This document shows, one piece after another, positions 20,772-29,122 of a stretch of 64,000 nucleotides of DNA; the stretch's first letter is position 1, and each line of letters starts with the position of its first letter. Where the stretch lies: the NCBI GenBank assembly GCA_016223025.1, contig JACRPU010000021.1, forward strand, positions 14,380 to 78,379. Reading direction: 5' to 3'. The notes below the pieces were generated by a model, which saw only the letters and a program-made list of their open reading frames with translations, searched no databases and was not told the origin of the DNA. This DNA comes from Nitrosomonadales bacterium. Its GTDB lineage: Bacteria; Pseudomonadota; Gammaproteobacteria; Burkholderiales; Gallionellaceae. The position numbers and the translations under genes are program-made.

Positions 20772-21131
20772 TCAGTCGCCGAATACCACTACGCGGTCGG
20801 TCTGGATGCCGGCCTCGACCAGTTGCCCGAGACCGGAAATGCGGAACCCGTGCGCCAGGTTCTCGTCCTGGATGCCGCGCCGCAGGGCTGCCGCGACGCA
20901 GACCACGAGGTCAATCTTGTGCTCTTCGGCCAGCTTGCTCCAGCGGATCACGATGTGGCGGTCATCCTGCGGCGGCTCAGTCAGCCGCGTGGCGTTGTTG
21001 ACGCCGTCGTGGTAGAAAAAGACGCGCCAGATTTCGTGCCCCTTTTCGACTGCGGCCTTGCAGAACAGATAGGCCGAGTCGCTTGCCTGGTGCTGGTAGG
21101 GACCCTCGTTGACGACGATGCCAAATTTCAT
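20772..21131 (-). CDS. dsrE: DsrE (TusD-like)
   Basis: 119 aa. MKFGIVVNEGPYQHQAS... with the conserved Cys in DLVVCVAAALRRG. Confidence 0.85.
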   Translation of the reverse strand: MKFGIVVNEGPYQHQASDSAYLFCKAAVEKGHEIWRVFFYHDGVNNATRLTEPPQDDRHIVIRWSKLAEEHKIDLVVCVAAALRRGIQDENLAHGFRISGLGQLVEAGIQTDRVVVFGD

Positions 21132-21146
21132 GTTGTCTGTTCCCGG

Positions 21147-22223
21147 TCAGAAACGGATATGCGTAGAAGCGTTCAGGTTGGCGCGCGAGCCTCTCCAGTC
21201 ATCAATCAGGTACTTGGTGAAAGGCAGGCCGGTCTTCTCGAAAAAGCGCGGCCAGCCGATCCGCTCGATCCAGTCGGACATGCGCTCCCACGGCCTCGCG
21301 TCGGCCTTGTACGTGTGCAGGATTTTCTTTACCACCGCGCTGACTTCTGGCCAGCGCGGGGGGTTGTTGGGCAGCCCGGACGCGACCATTTTCATGAAGG
21401 TCGGTTTGCTGCGCGCATTGGAATTTTTTCCGCCGACCCAGATAGCCAGCTTCGAGTATTCCGGGTCATTGATCTGCATCGGCGGGCAGGGCGGGTAGCA
21501 GGCCCCGCAACACATGCATTTGCTCTCGTCAATTTCCAGCGAGGGTTTGCCGTTCACCATCGCCGGGCGGATCGCCGCCACCGGGCAACGCGCCACCACC
21601 GAGGGGCGCTCGCAAATGTTGGCGACCAGGTCGTGGTTGATTTTTGGCGGTTTGGTGTGCTGGATGATGACGGCGAGATCGGCCTGTCCGCCGCAGTTGA
21701 TTTCGCAGCAGGAGGTGGAAAGGCGCACCCGGTTGGGCATCTCTTCGTGCCGGAACTCTTCGATGAGTTCGTCCATCAGCGCCTTGACCGCGCCCGATGC
21801 ATCGGTGCCCGGAATGTCGCAATGCAGCCAGCCCTGGGTGTGGGCGATCATGGACACCGAATTGCCGGTGCCTCCCACCGGGAAACCGCTCGCTTCGAGT
21901 TCGGCGACCAGGGGGGCGACCTTGGACGCGCTCGACACCATGAATTCGATGTTCGAGCGGATGGTGAAGCGGACATGACCTTCCGCGAATTTGTCGGCGA
22001 TGTCGCACAGCTTGCGGATGGTATGGACATCCATTTGCCGCTGCGTGCCGGCGCGCACCGACCATACTTCGTCGCCGCCGTGCGAGACATGGTGCAGCAC
22101 GCCGGGGCGGGGCCGGTCATGGTATTTCCAGTTGCCGTAGTTTTTCGCCAGCAGCGGATGCAGGTATGGCTTGTTGTCGGGAACGCCGCTTTCGGTGGGG
22201 CGGCGCATTTGCGGTTGGGCCAT
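21147..22223 (-). CDS. dsrB: Dissimilatory sulfite reductase beta subunit (reverse/oxidative-type context)
   Basis: Start at ATG 22223 (MAQPQMRRPTESG...), GGGAGAA RBS 14 nt after the dsrA stop. Siroheme/Fe-S Cys clusters (CCEINCGG, CPVAAI, CMCCGACYPPCP). Confidence 0.93.
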   Translation of the reverse strand: MAQPQMRRPTESGVPDNKPYLHPLLAKNYGNWKYHDRPRPGVLHHVSHGGDEVWSVRAGTQRQMDVHTIRKLCDIADKFAEGHVRFTIRSNIEFMVSSASKVAPLVAELEASGFPVGGTGNSVSMIAHTQGWLHCDIPGTDASGAVKALMDELIEEFRHEEMPNRVRLSTSCCEINCGGQADLAVIIQHTKPPKINHDLVANICERPSVVARCPVAAIRPAMVNGKPSLEIDESKCMCCGACYPPCPPMQINDPEYSKLAIWVGGKNSNARSKPTFMKMVASGLPNNPPRWPEVSAVVKKILHTYKADARPWERMSDWIERIGWPRFFEKTGLPFTKYLIDDWRGSRANLNASTHIRF

Positions 22224-22236
22224 TTCGTTCTCCCGG

Positions 22237-23544
22237 TTATCTGTTTTGCGCGCCAGCCTGTTTCCTGGCGTTGATTTTTGCCACTTCCTCGTCCCATCCG
22301 TCGGTGCGGACATAGGGGTTCATGCGCGGAGAGGAAACCATGTTCGGATCCACTTCGAGTTCCATCGCCTCAAGGAAATTGGCGAGACCGATGCGCTCGA
22401 TCATTTCCCCGGTGCGCTCGTGCTCCAGCGCGTTCTCGGCAAAGAAATCAATGGTGCGTTGCGCGAGGTCCACCAGCTTCTCCAGGTCTCCGTCGCTTTC
22501 GAGTTTCATGAAGGGAACCACCACCGTCCCCATCAGGTCGCCGATCTTGAGCGTCCGTTTGCCGCCCATCAGGATGGTGACCCCCTTGTCCCTGCCGGGA
22601 GCCAGCGCGCCGGTCATGACGTTGATGCAATGCATGCAGCGCACGCAATCCCTGTTGTCAATTTCGATGGCGTGGGTATCGTTGATCGCCACGCTGGAGA
22701 TGTGCTCGCCCTTCCTGACATCCTTGAGTTGTTTGAGCAGGAATGTCCTGGTCGGACAGCGGGCAACCACATCGTTCACCAGTTCGTCCATGCCGTGTTT
22801 CGCGAACCATTTTCTGGCCAGCGCCTCATCGGTGCGCATGTTGTCGCGCCAGGTGCCGATGACCGCCATGTCGGCGCGCTGGATCGAGTTCATGCAGTCG
22901 TTCGGGCAACCGGAAAACTTGAACTTGAATTTGTAGGGCAGGGAAGGGCGATGCATATCGTCGAGGAAGGTGTTCACTACGGCGCGGTGCGCCTTCGCTT
23001 CATCGAAGCAGGACTGCTCGCAGCGGGCTGCGCCGACGCAGGACATCGAGGTGCGCACCGCCGGGCCAGCGCCGCCCAGATCGAACCCCATTTCGTTGAG
23101 TTCATCGAACGCCTTTTGCACGTTTTCGGTCGTTGCGCCCTGGAACATGATGTCGCCGGATTGGCCGTGAAACGCGATCAACCCGGAACCGTGTTTCTCC
23201 CAGATGTCGCACATTTTGCGCAATACCCCGGTGGTGTAGTGCATACCCGCAGGGGGCATGATGCGCAGAGTGTGGAATTCCGCCGCATCCTTGAAAACGG
23301 GTTCGCCGTTTTCATCCTTCAGTTCGGTGAAGCGCGGGATGACGCCGCCGCCGTAACCGAACACGCCCACCGTGCCGCCCTTCCAGTAGCCCTTCCTGGT
23401 GCGGTACGAGGTTTCGAGTTGGCCGAGCAGGTCAACCGCCATGTTGTTGTCCTGCGCCAGGCGTTTGATCCCGGTGACAAAACTCGGCCACGGACCGCTT
23501 TCGAGCTGGTCCAGATTCGGTGTGTCATGCAGTTTCTTGGCCAT
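22237..23544 (-). CDS. dsrA: Dissimilatory sulfite reductase alpha subunit
   Basis: 435 aa. GYWKGGTVGVFGYGGGVIPRF, SCVGAARCEQSC, FSGCPNDC and CVRCMHCINV motifs. Confidence 0.95.
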   Translation of the reverse strand: MAKKLHDTPNLDQLESGPWPSFVTGIKRLAQDNNMAVDLLGQLETSYRTRKGYWKGGTVGVFGYGGGVIPRFTELKDENGEPVFKDAAEFHTLRIMPPAGMHYTTGVLRKMCDIWEKHGSGLIAFHGQSGDIMFQGATTENVQKAFDELNEMGFDLGGAGPAVRTSMSCVGAARCEQSCFDEAKAHRAVVNTFLDDMHRPSLPYKFKFKFSGCPNDCMNSIQRADMAVIGTWRDNMRTDEALARKWFAKHGMDELVNDVVARCPTRTFLLKQLKDVRKGEHISSVAINDTHAIEIDNRDCVRCMHCINVMTGALAPGRDKGVTILMGGKRTLKIGDLMGTVVVPFMKLESDGDLEKLVDLAQRTIDFFAENALEHERTGEMIERIGLANFLEAMELEVDPNMVSSPRMNPYVRTDGWDEEVAKINARKQAGAQNR

Positions 23545-23818
23545 GAATCTTCCTTTCCGTCATGATGCGGCACAAGCTGAAAACTCCTCCGCGCGAAGCA
23601 ATAGTGACGCATCTGTCAAGCACATTAAATAGCCCTGATGGGGGGGTGTGCCAATAATCCCTTGGTGTTACCTTGTCGCTCCCCCGTGATGGCTATAGAC
23701 GCTTTTGCCGGAATTTTGCTCAATATCGCTTGCAAAACAAGGCAAAACACAATGTTGGTGAAACCGGTATCGCTGCGGGGTAGTATATAAAAATTCCGGA
23801 AAAACAGATGGAGAAAAA

Positions 23819-24043
23819 ATGGCGCATGTCAGCGAGCTGGAGAAATTCAGGGTGCCGCTGGGCAACCAGCAAATCGAGTTGCAGCAGGTTGACCATGCCG
23901 GAGGCGGAATGAGCCTGCTGCGCATCCGCATACGCGAAGGGCGGCGCTTCACCATTTTTGATATTGACCCCGCGACAGCGCGGCGCTGGAGCGACGCGAT
24001 GCGGCACTGGGCGGACGCGCAGGAGGCGAAGGCAGTTGAATGA
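23819..24043 (+). CDS. Small hypothetical protein (74 aa), first gene of the operon divergent from dsrA
   Basis: GGAGA RBS upstream, tight spacing to the next gene. No recognisable motif. Confidence 0.5.
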   Translation: MAHVSELEKFRVPLGNQQIELQQVDHAGGGMSLLRIRIREGRRFTIFDIDPATARRWSDAMRHWADAQEAKAVE

Positions 24044-24053
24044 AGCGCCTGAC

Positions 24054-24629
24054 ATGACGGATGTCGCCTTCGGCTTGCGGGGCGAGCTCGTTCCGGCGGG
24101 CTATGCCTTCGCGTTGTGGGATGAAGTGGCGCGTTGCCTGCCGTGGCTGGAAGCCGACGAGTTTGCCGGGATAGTCCCCTTGCGCGCTGCGGCAAGCGGG
24201 GGCAACATGCTGTTGCCGCGTCGCGCGAAACTGGTGTTGCGCCTGAGATCGCAGTTTGCGCAGCGCGCAAGGTCGCTGACCGGGCGGGAGCTGGATGTTG
24301 GCGGCAGCATGTTGCGGGTGGGCGAAGCCGAGGAACGGTCGCTGAAACCGTACCCGACGCTCCACGCGCAACTGGTGGAGAGCGCCAGCGAAGAGGGGGC
24401 CTTTCTTGCCGGCATGGCCGCCCGCCTGCAAGAAATGGAGGTTGCCTGCAAGCTGGTCTGCGGCAAGCGGCTTGCGGTGGCGGGAGAAAAGCAGCAGGTT
24501 GCCGGATACAGCCTCGTGCTGCACGACCTCAAGCCGGAAGGCTCCTTGCAGGTGCAGCGGATGGGGCTGGGCGGCAGCCGCCGTTTCGGCTGCGGAATTT
24601 TTGTGCCATACAAAACCATTGTAACGTGA
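24054..24629 (+). CDS. Cas6/Cmx6-like RAMP-fold protein, orphan (no CRISPR or other cas genes in window)
   Basis: ATG at 24054. N-terminus MTDVAFGLRGELVPAGYAFALWDEVARCLPWL and C-terminal glycine-rich loop GLGGSRRFGCGIFVP match my recollection of the subtype MYXAN Cas6 (Cmx6) family pattern. Confidence 0.5.
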   Translation: MTDVAFGLRGELVPAGYAFALWDEVARCLPWLEADEFAGIVPLRAAASGGNMLLPRRAKLVLRLRSQFAQRARSLTGRELDVGGSMLRVGEAEERSLKPYPTLHAQLVESASEEGAFLAGMAARLQEMEVACKLVCGKRLAVAGEKQQVAGYSLVLHDLKPEGSLQVQRMGLGGSRRFGCGIFVPYKTIVT

Positions 24630-24661
24630 GCTCGCGCAACGGGCGCTTACAGGAGGCAAAA

Positions 24662-24991
24662 ATGTCATATGTCATTGCAGGCAGGGAACTGGAAACCGAC
24701 CCGGAGGGATATTTGCTGGAACCGGACTACGGCGATGAAATTGCCGGTGTGATCGCGGCGGCGGAGGGGATCGAACTGACTCCCGCGCACTGGCAGGTCA
24801 TCAGTTATTTGCGCGACCAATATCGCGAACACGGCCACACGCCGAACTTTCGCAATATGCTGAAGGGCGTCCAGGAATTCTGGCCGGAAGCGGACAGCAA
24901 GGCGCTTTATGATCTTTTTCCGCTGGGCCCGGCAAAGCAGGGCGCAAAAGTTGCCGGGTTAACACAGCCCCTCGGAAAAGGCGGATACTGA
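24662..24991 (+). CDS. DsrC/TusE-family protein lacking both conserved cysteines
   Basis: AGGAGG RBS. Colinear with DsrC (ETDPEGYL..., HWQVISYLRDQY..., LYDLFPLGPAKQGAKVAGLTQPLGKGGY). The protein has no Cys at all: Gly replaces the internal Cys, and no Cys is present in the slightly longer C-terminal tail. Confidence 0.82.
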   Translation: MSYVIAGRELETDPEGYLLEPDYGDEIAGVIAAAEGIELTPAHWQVISYLRDQYREHGHTPNFRNMLKGVQEFWPEADSKALYDLFPLGPAKQGAKVAGLTQPLGKGGY

Positions 24992-25026
24992 ACCGGCCAA
25001 TAACCACATACACGGGAACCTGAAAA

Positions 25027-25512
25027 ATGAGCACACACGACATTCACGCCAATATGGTTCTGGACATGAAGGGGTTGACCTGTCCCGCGCCGCTGCTGGG
25101 CGCCAAGAAACTGGTGGACGATTTGCGGGCGGGGCAGATATTGCTGCTGATATCCGACTGCAAGGGAACCCAGGACGACCTTTTCGCATGGGCCCGGCAA
25201 ACGGGCAACCAGGTGCTGAAAACCGCGCAGATGCCGGATGGCGGCACCGGCTATTACATCATGAAGGGCAAGGACAAGACGCTCCAGGCCCATGTGACGC
25301 TGGATATACGCGGGGTCGCCTGTCCGGGGCCGATTGTCGAGGCAAAGAAATTGCTGAACGGCATGAAGCCCGGAGAAGTGTTGAAACTCGTTAGCAACTG
25401 CCCCGGAACCCGTGACGACATCACCAGTTGGGCAGCCACGACCGGAATGAAGCTGCTCGATACGGTCAAGGTTGCCGCAGACGATTACGAGTTCTACATT
25501 CAAAAGGCGTGA
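25027..25512 (+). CDS. Tandem double TusA/SirA-domain sulfur carrier
   Basis: 161 aa with two TusA modules, each carrying the CPxP motif (MKGLTCPAPLL and IRGVACPGPIV). Confidence 0.85.
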   Translation: MSTHDIHANMVLDMKGLTCPAPLLGAKKLVDDLRAGQILLLISDCKGTQDDLFAWARQTGNQVLKTAQMPDGGTGYYIMKGKDKTLQAHVTLDIRGVACPGPIVEAKKLLNGMKPGEVLKLVSNCPGTRDDITSWAATTGMKLLDTVKVAADDYEFYIQKA

Positions 25513-25538
25513 CGCCAGCGATCCGGAGCATTCGCCCG

Positions 25539-26114
25539 ATGCGTGTCAAAAGCAAATGGTTCAAGAGCGGGCGGGTGAAAACGCCGCAGGAAATCGCGGG
25601 TGCGATGGCATTCATCGTCTGGCGCATCGGCCTGAATGCGCTCAAAAACACGCGCAAGGCCGATTTTGATGTCGCTGTCGGGCCGCAGTATTTTGCATTT
25701 CTTTCGGAGTTTCTGATTTTTCTGGTGCAGGTTGCGGACCGGATTGCCTATGGCCGGTTCGGCGCCGAAGACCGCACCTCCTTTACCACGGCGCTTGCCG
25801 TGCGGCTTGCCGAAATACTGGCCGAGAACCGGAGCGAATTGCTCGGCGGCACAACCGCCGAACACGAGAGCAGCTTCATCGCGCAGCTAAACCGGCGCGC
25901 CGGGGAATACGCGGAATTCGAATATGGCAGCGGCGGCCCGGAATTCTCGTTCATCCGTCATCTCGGTTACTGCATGCTCGACCTTGTCGCCGAGAAGGAT
26001 AAAAGCTGGGTGGTTGACCAGATGATGACCTTCGAGGCGCCGGAGGCCGTGGCAACGGCGGAAAAAGCCTTGCGGGGCTTGCTCGAAGATGCCCCCGCGC
26101 AACATGCCGCTTGA
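25539..26114 (+). CDS. Hypothetical protein (191 aa)
   Basis: The ATG at 25539 follows the double-TusA stop. Mostly helical-looking, with no motif I recognise. Confidence 0.5.
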   Translation: MRVKSKWFKSGRVKTPQEIAGAMAFIVWRIGLNALKNTRKADFDVAVGPQYFAFLSEFLIFLVQVADRIAYGRFGAEDRTSFTTALAVRLAEILAENRSELLGGTTAEHESSFIAQLNRRAGEYAEFEYGSGGPEFSFIRHLGYCMLDLVAEKDKSWVVDQMMTFEAPEAVATAEKALRGLLEDAPAQHAA

Positions 26115-26135
26115 CCGGGTTGAGGGATCATTGAA

Positions 26136-27068
26136 ATGATGATACCCCTCGCGCAAACATGCTCCAGCCCGGGCCCGTTCGGTTTCGGCGATGAAACCGC
26201 ATACCGGCGCTGGCGCGAGCGGAAACTGGAACAGGCTCCGCAGACGGTTGCCGAACTGATCGTCGAGGTCGGCGATGCGGAAAACCTGTCCGCCGCAGAA
26301 CATGCCGCGCTCCTGGCGCGCTGCCGCCGCGCCAACATGGCCATCTACGCCAACCGGAAGCGCGGTGCCGGCAAGGATGTCGCACGCATCGTCGGGCGGC
26401 AGTTCGGGCTGGAAAACCTGGATGCCAACTGGCTTGCCGACGAGGATGGGGTTTCGCAGATAACGGTATGCGGCGGCAGCGCGCGCCAGGATTTTATCCC
26501 CTACACCAACCGCCCGATCAAGTGGCATACCGACGGCTATTACAACCCGCCGGAACGGCAGATCCGCGCGATGGTGCTGCATTGCGCCCGGAGCGCGGCG
26601 GAAGGTGGTGAGAACTGCCTGATGGATCACGAAATGGCTTATCTGCTGCTGCGCGACGCCAACCCGGATTTGGCCCGCGCCCTGTTTGCGCCGGACGCGA
26701 TGACGATTCCGGAGCGCGTGGACGAAGGCGGCGTGGCGCGCGCCGCCCAGACCGGCCCGGTTTTTTCCATCGAAAAAAATGGCGCGCTGCACATGCGCTA
26801 TACCGCCAGAACCCGCAGCATAGAATGGAAGCGGGACGAAATGACGCTGGCGGCAACCTCCCTGCTGGAAAAACTGCTGGCTTCAGATTCGCCCCGCATT
26901 TACCGCGCCCGCCTTGAGCCCGGCATGGGGTTGCTGTGCAACAATGTGCTGCACGATCGCGCGGGCTTCCGCGACGACGCGGATCATCCCCGGTTGCTGC
27001 AACGCGCGCGGTTCTACGACCGCATAATGGCCCCGCGCAGCCAGCCCCGCGCAGCCGGCCTTGACTGA
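26136..27068 (+). CDS. TauD/TfdA-like Fe(II)/2-oxoglutarate dioxygenase superfamily protein
   Basis: 310 aa. WHTDGYY (HxD facial triad) and a distal His in CNNVLHDR. Overall length fits the family. Confidence 0.6.
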   Translation: MMIPLAQTCSSPGPFGFGDETAYRRWRERKLEQAPQTVAELIVEVGDAENLSAAEHAALLARCRRANMAIYANRKRGAGKDVARIVGRQFGLENLDANWLADEDGVSQITVCGGSARQDFIPYTNRPIKWHTDGYYNPPERQIRAMVLHCARSAAEGGENCLMDHEMAYLLLRDANPDLARALFAPDAMTIPERVDEGGVARAAQTGPVFSIEKNGALHMRYTARTRSIEWKRDEMTLAATSLLEKLLASDSPRIYRARLEPGMGLLCNNVLHDRAGFRDDADHPRLLQRARFYDRIMAPRSQPRAAGLD

Positions 27069-27091
27069 TGTGGCCGGGAAGCCTACGATGG

Positions 27092-27372
27092 ACGTGAAGC
27101 TCGCGTAGCGAGTCCGTGTCCCCTCGCCTGCGTGTGTTGTTGTGGCTTCATCGCAACTGCAGCGCACCTCCCGCGGAATGTTGCGGTATAAACGGCGATC
27201 AAGCCGGCGCCCTTTGCCGGCTTGGCCGAACGGCTATAACTTGATGGTTTGCCCGGCGGTTCTTGCCGGATAGCCGGTTGCTTCACCATCTGCTGCATCC
27301 AGAGAGCGGTGGTGAGGGAAGCGGACAGGGCGAGTTTCATTTCCAGGGGTGGTTTCTTTGCCATACCCGTTA
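27092..27372 (+). mobile_element. Family B element, degenerate copy with a large internal insertion
   Basis: Left end ACGTGAAGCTCGCGTAGCGAG and right end GGTGAGGGAAGCGGACAGGGCGAGTTTCATTTCCAGGGGTGGTTTCTTTGCCATACCCGTTA. Confidence 0.55.
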
Positions 27373-27452
27373 GACCGTGAGATATCCATTGGCTCACAGG
27401 CATAGAAGTCCACGTGTAGAAGTTGGTTCAATTTCTTATTCGGGAGACAGAC

Positions 27453-27683
27453 ATGACTGACCAAATCCAAATCTCCATTGACCGCGAAGTCTACGACCGG
27501 CTGAAAGTGCTTATGGTACCTCCCATCAGCGATGCCAACGCGGTAATCAGGGAACTGCTGTATCAGGATGGGCGCGCCAGCCCCGCCTCCGTTGCCGTGG
27601 GGGCCTCCGAGCAACATTTCACCATGGCGCAGGAGCTCGAACGCTCCAGGCAGGGCATCTACGATTCCGGAGGAAACACCTGA
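27453..27683 (+). CDS. Small ribbon-helix-helix-like protein (orphan)
   Basis: GGGAGA RBS. MTDQIQISIDREVYDRLKVL...ANAVIRELL resembles a strand-helix-helix DNA-binding fold. Weak call. Confidence 0.35.
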   Translation: MTDQIQISIDREVYDRLKVLMVPPISDANAVIRELLYQDGRASPASVAVGASEQHFTMAQELERSRQGIYDSGGNT

Positions 27684-27974
27684 TCCTGCGGTCGGAATCG
27701 CACTGGAAGCCCGGATGAAACGCAGTGCAACGGGGAAGCGGAAGCCCCCGGATTCTGCTGTCGCTGCATCCGGGCTACAGAGTTCTTGTTAACGCGCTGT
27801 TGTCGGCGCGGCTGGGCGGTTGCGTGATGCACATTAGATGGATGCGTGGGTGGCGGGGGTATGGCCCATGTTGCAAAGCGAGCGCCTTTATTGCACTTTT
27901 CACCATTTTTGTGTGCTCTTGCGCTGACTTGTTGGGCATTCGTGCTTATCTGGTTTACACCCACGACCTGCTTG

Positions 27975-28112
27975 GGGGTCGAGAAATAATAGCTTGGGCA
28001 ATTATGGGTGCGCTGGCGGGGTGCGATACAAGGCGCCAGGCGCGCCGCATGGCCATTCCATGCAAGCGGCTGGCAACGCCGCAACGCGCCCAGAATATTG
28101 TTTCTCGACCCC
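27975..28112. mobile_element. MITE-like element, family A, copy 2
   Basis: GGGGTCGAGAAATAATAGCTTG ... CAGAATATTGTTTCTCGACCCC. Its core is the reverse complement of 394-553. Confidence 0.65.
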
Positions 28113-28129
28113 TTGGTAATGGTTGCCCA

Positions 28130-29122
28130 TCATTTATATTCGATCAGGCGCGCCGTTTTTCCGGCCAGCCTGTTATGGAAAAATCTCAACTGGCCCGCTA
28201 CCTCCGGAAACTTGCACAGCACCAGAAACAGGGCGCGCCACCAGTTTTCGCTCGTGGATCGCGTGCCGCGCGAGGCGAGGCGGACGACTTGCGCGGGATA
28301 AATCAACAGTAGCGCCAGGCCCCAGGCTCCCATCCAGACAGACAGGGCCGCCGCGAGCGCCGGGATGCCAAGCCCCCACGCCCAGACGCGCCGGGATTCC
28401 TTTACGCGGTGCCGCTCCGGTGGCGAGCCGTGCAGATGCGCGCCCTCGGCATAGGCATATCCGCAACGCATGTTCCGCTTCCACCACTGCCCGAAACGGG
28501 TAATCGCGGCATCGTGCAGCGTCATTTCCTCGCCGAGCCTCCATATTTTCCAGCCTGCCGCCCTGAGCCGCACGCAGAGTTCCGGCTCCTCTCCGGCAAT
28601 CAGGCTGCCGCGATACCGCCCCGCACGCTCAAAAGCGCCAGCGCGCATCAATGCGTCGCCGCCGCAGGATTTCGCCTCGCCTACGGGAGTATCCCATTCG
28701 ATGTCACATAACATGTTGTACACGGAATGATCCGGAAAACGTTCGCGGCGGCGACCGCAAACTACGGCGACATCAGGGTGTTCATCGAGAAACCGGGTCG
28801 CTTTTTCCAGCCAGCCCGGCACAACCTCGCAGTCTCCGTCCACGAATTGCACATAGCCCAGTTCCGGCGCTATCTTGCACAGGCAAGCAAACCCCTCATT
28901 CCTTGCCCTGGCGGCCGTAAACGGAACGGACATATCCAGCCCGATCACCTCGACCCCGAGGGCGCGGGCCATCTCTACAGAGCCATCCGTGGAGCCGGAG
29001 TCCACATACACTATCTTGCCCGCCAGACCCACAACGGACAGGAGGCATTTGCGCAGGCGCTCGCCCTCGTTGCGGCCTATAGCCACGATTCCGACCGGTA
29101 AAATGGGGGCGCTTTCAATCAT
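28130..29122 (-). CDS. Glycosyltransferase family 2
   Basis: 330 aa. VAIGRNEGERLRKCLLSV...VYVDSGSTDGS and DGD motifs. Confidence 0.8.
   Translation of the reverse strand: MIESAPILPVGIVAIGRNEGERLRKCLLSVVGLAGKIVYVDSGSTDGSVEMARALGVEVIGLDMSVPFTAARARNEGFACLCKIAPELGYVQFVDGDCEVVPGWLEKATRFLDEHPDVAVVCGRRRERFPDHSVYNMLCDIEWDTPVGEAKSCGGDALMRAGAFERAGRYRGSLIAGEEPELCVRLRAAGWKIWRLGEEMTLHDAAITRFGQWWKRNMRCGYAYAEGAHLHGSPPERHRVKESRRVWAWGLGIPALAAALSVWMGAWGLALLLIYPAQVVRLASRGTRSTSENWWRALFLVLCKFPEVAGQLRFFHNRLAGKTARLIEYK

Noticed and set aside
23545-23818. Sigma-70 promoters in the dsrA / divergent-operon intergenic region (for example TAGTAT or TATATA near 23788-23798).
   Set aside because: AT-rich hexamers are present, but no pair has convincing -35/-10 spacing. 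I cannot place a promoter without transcript data.
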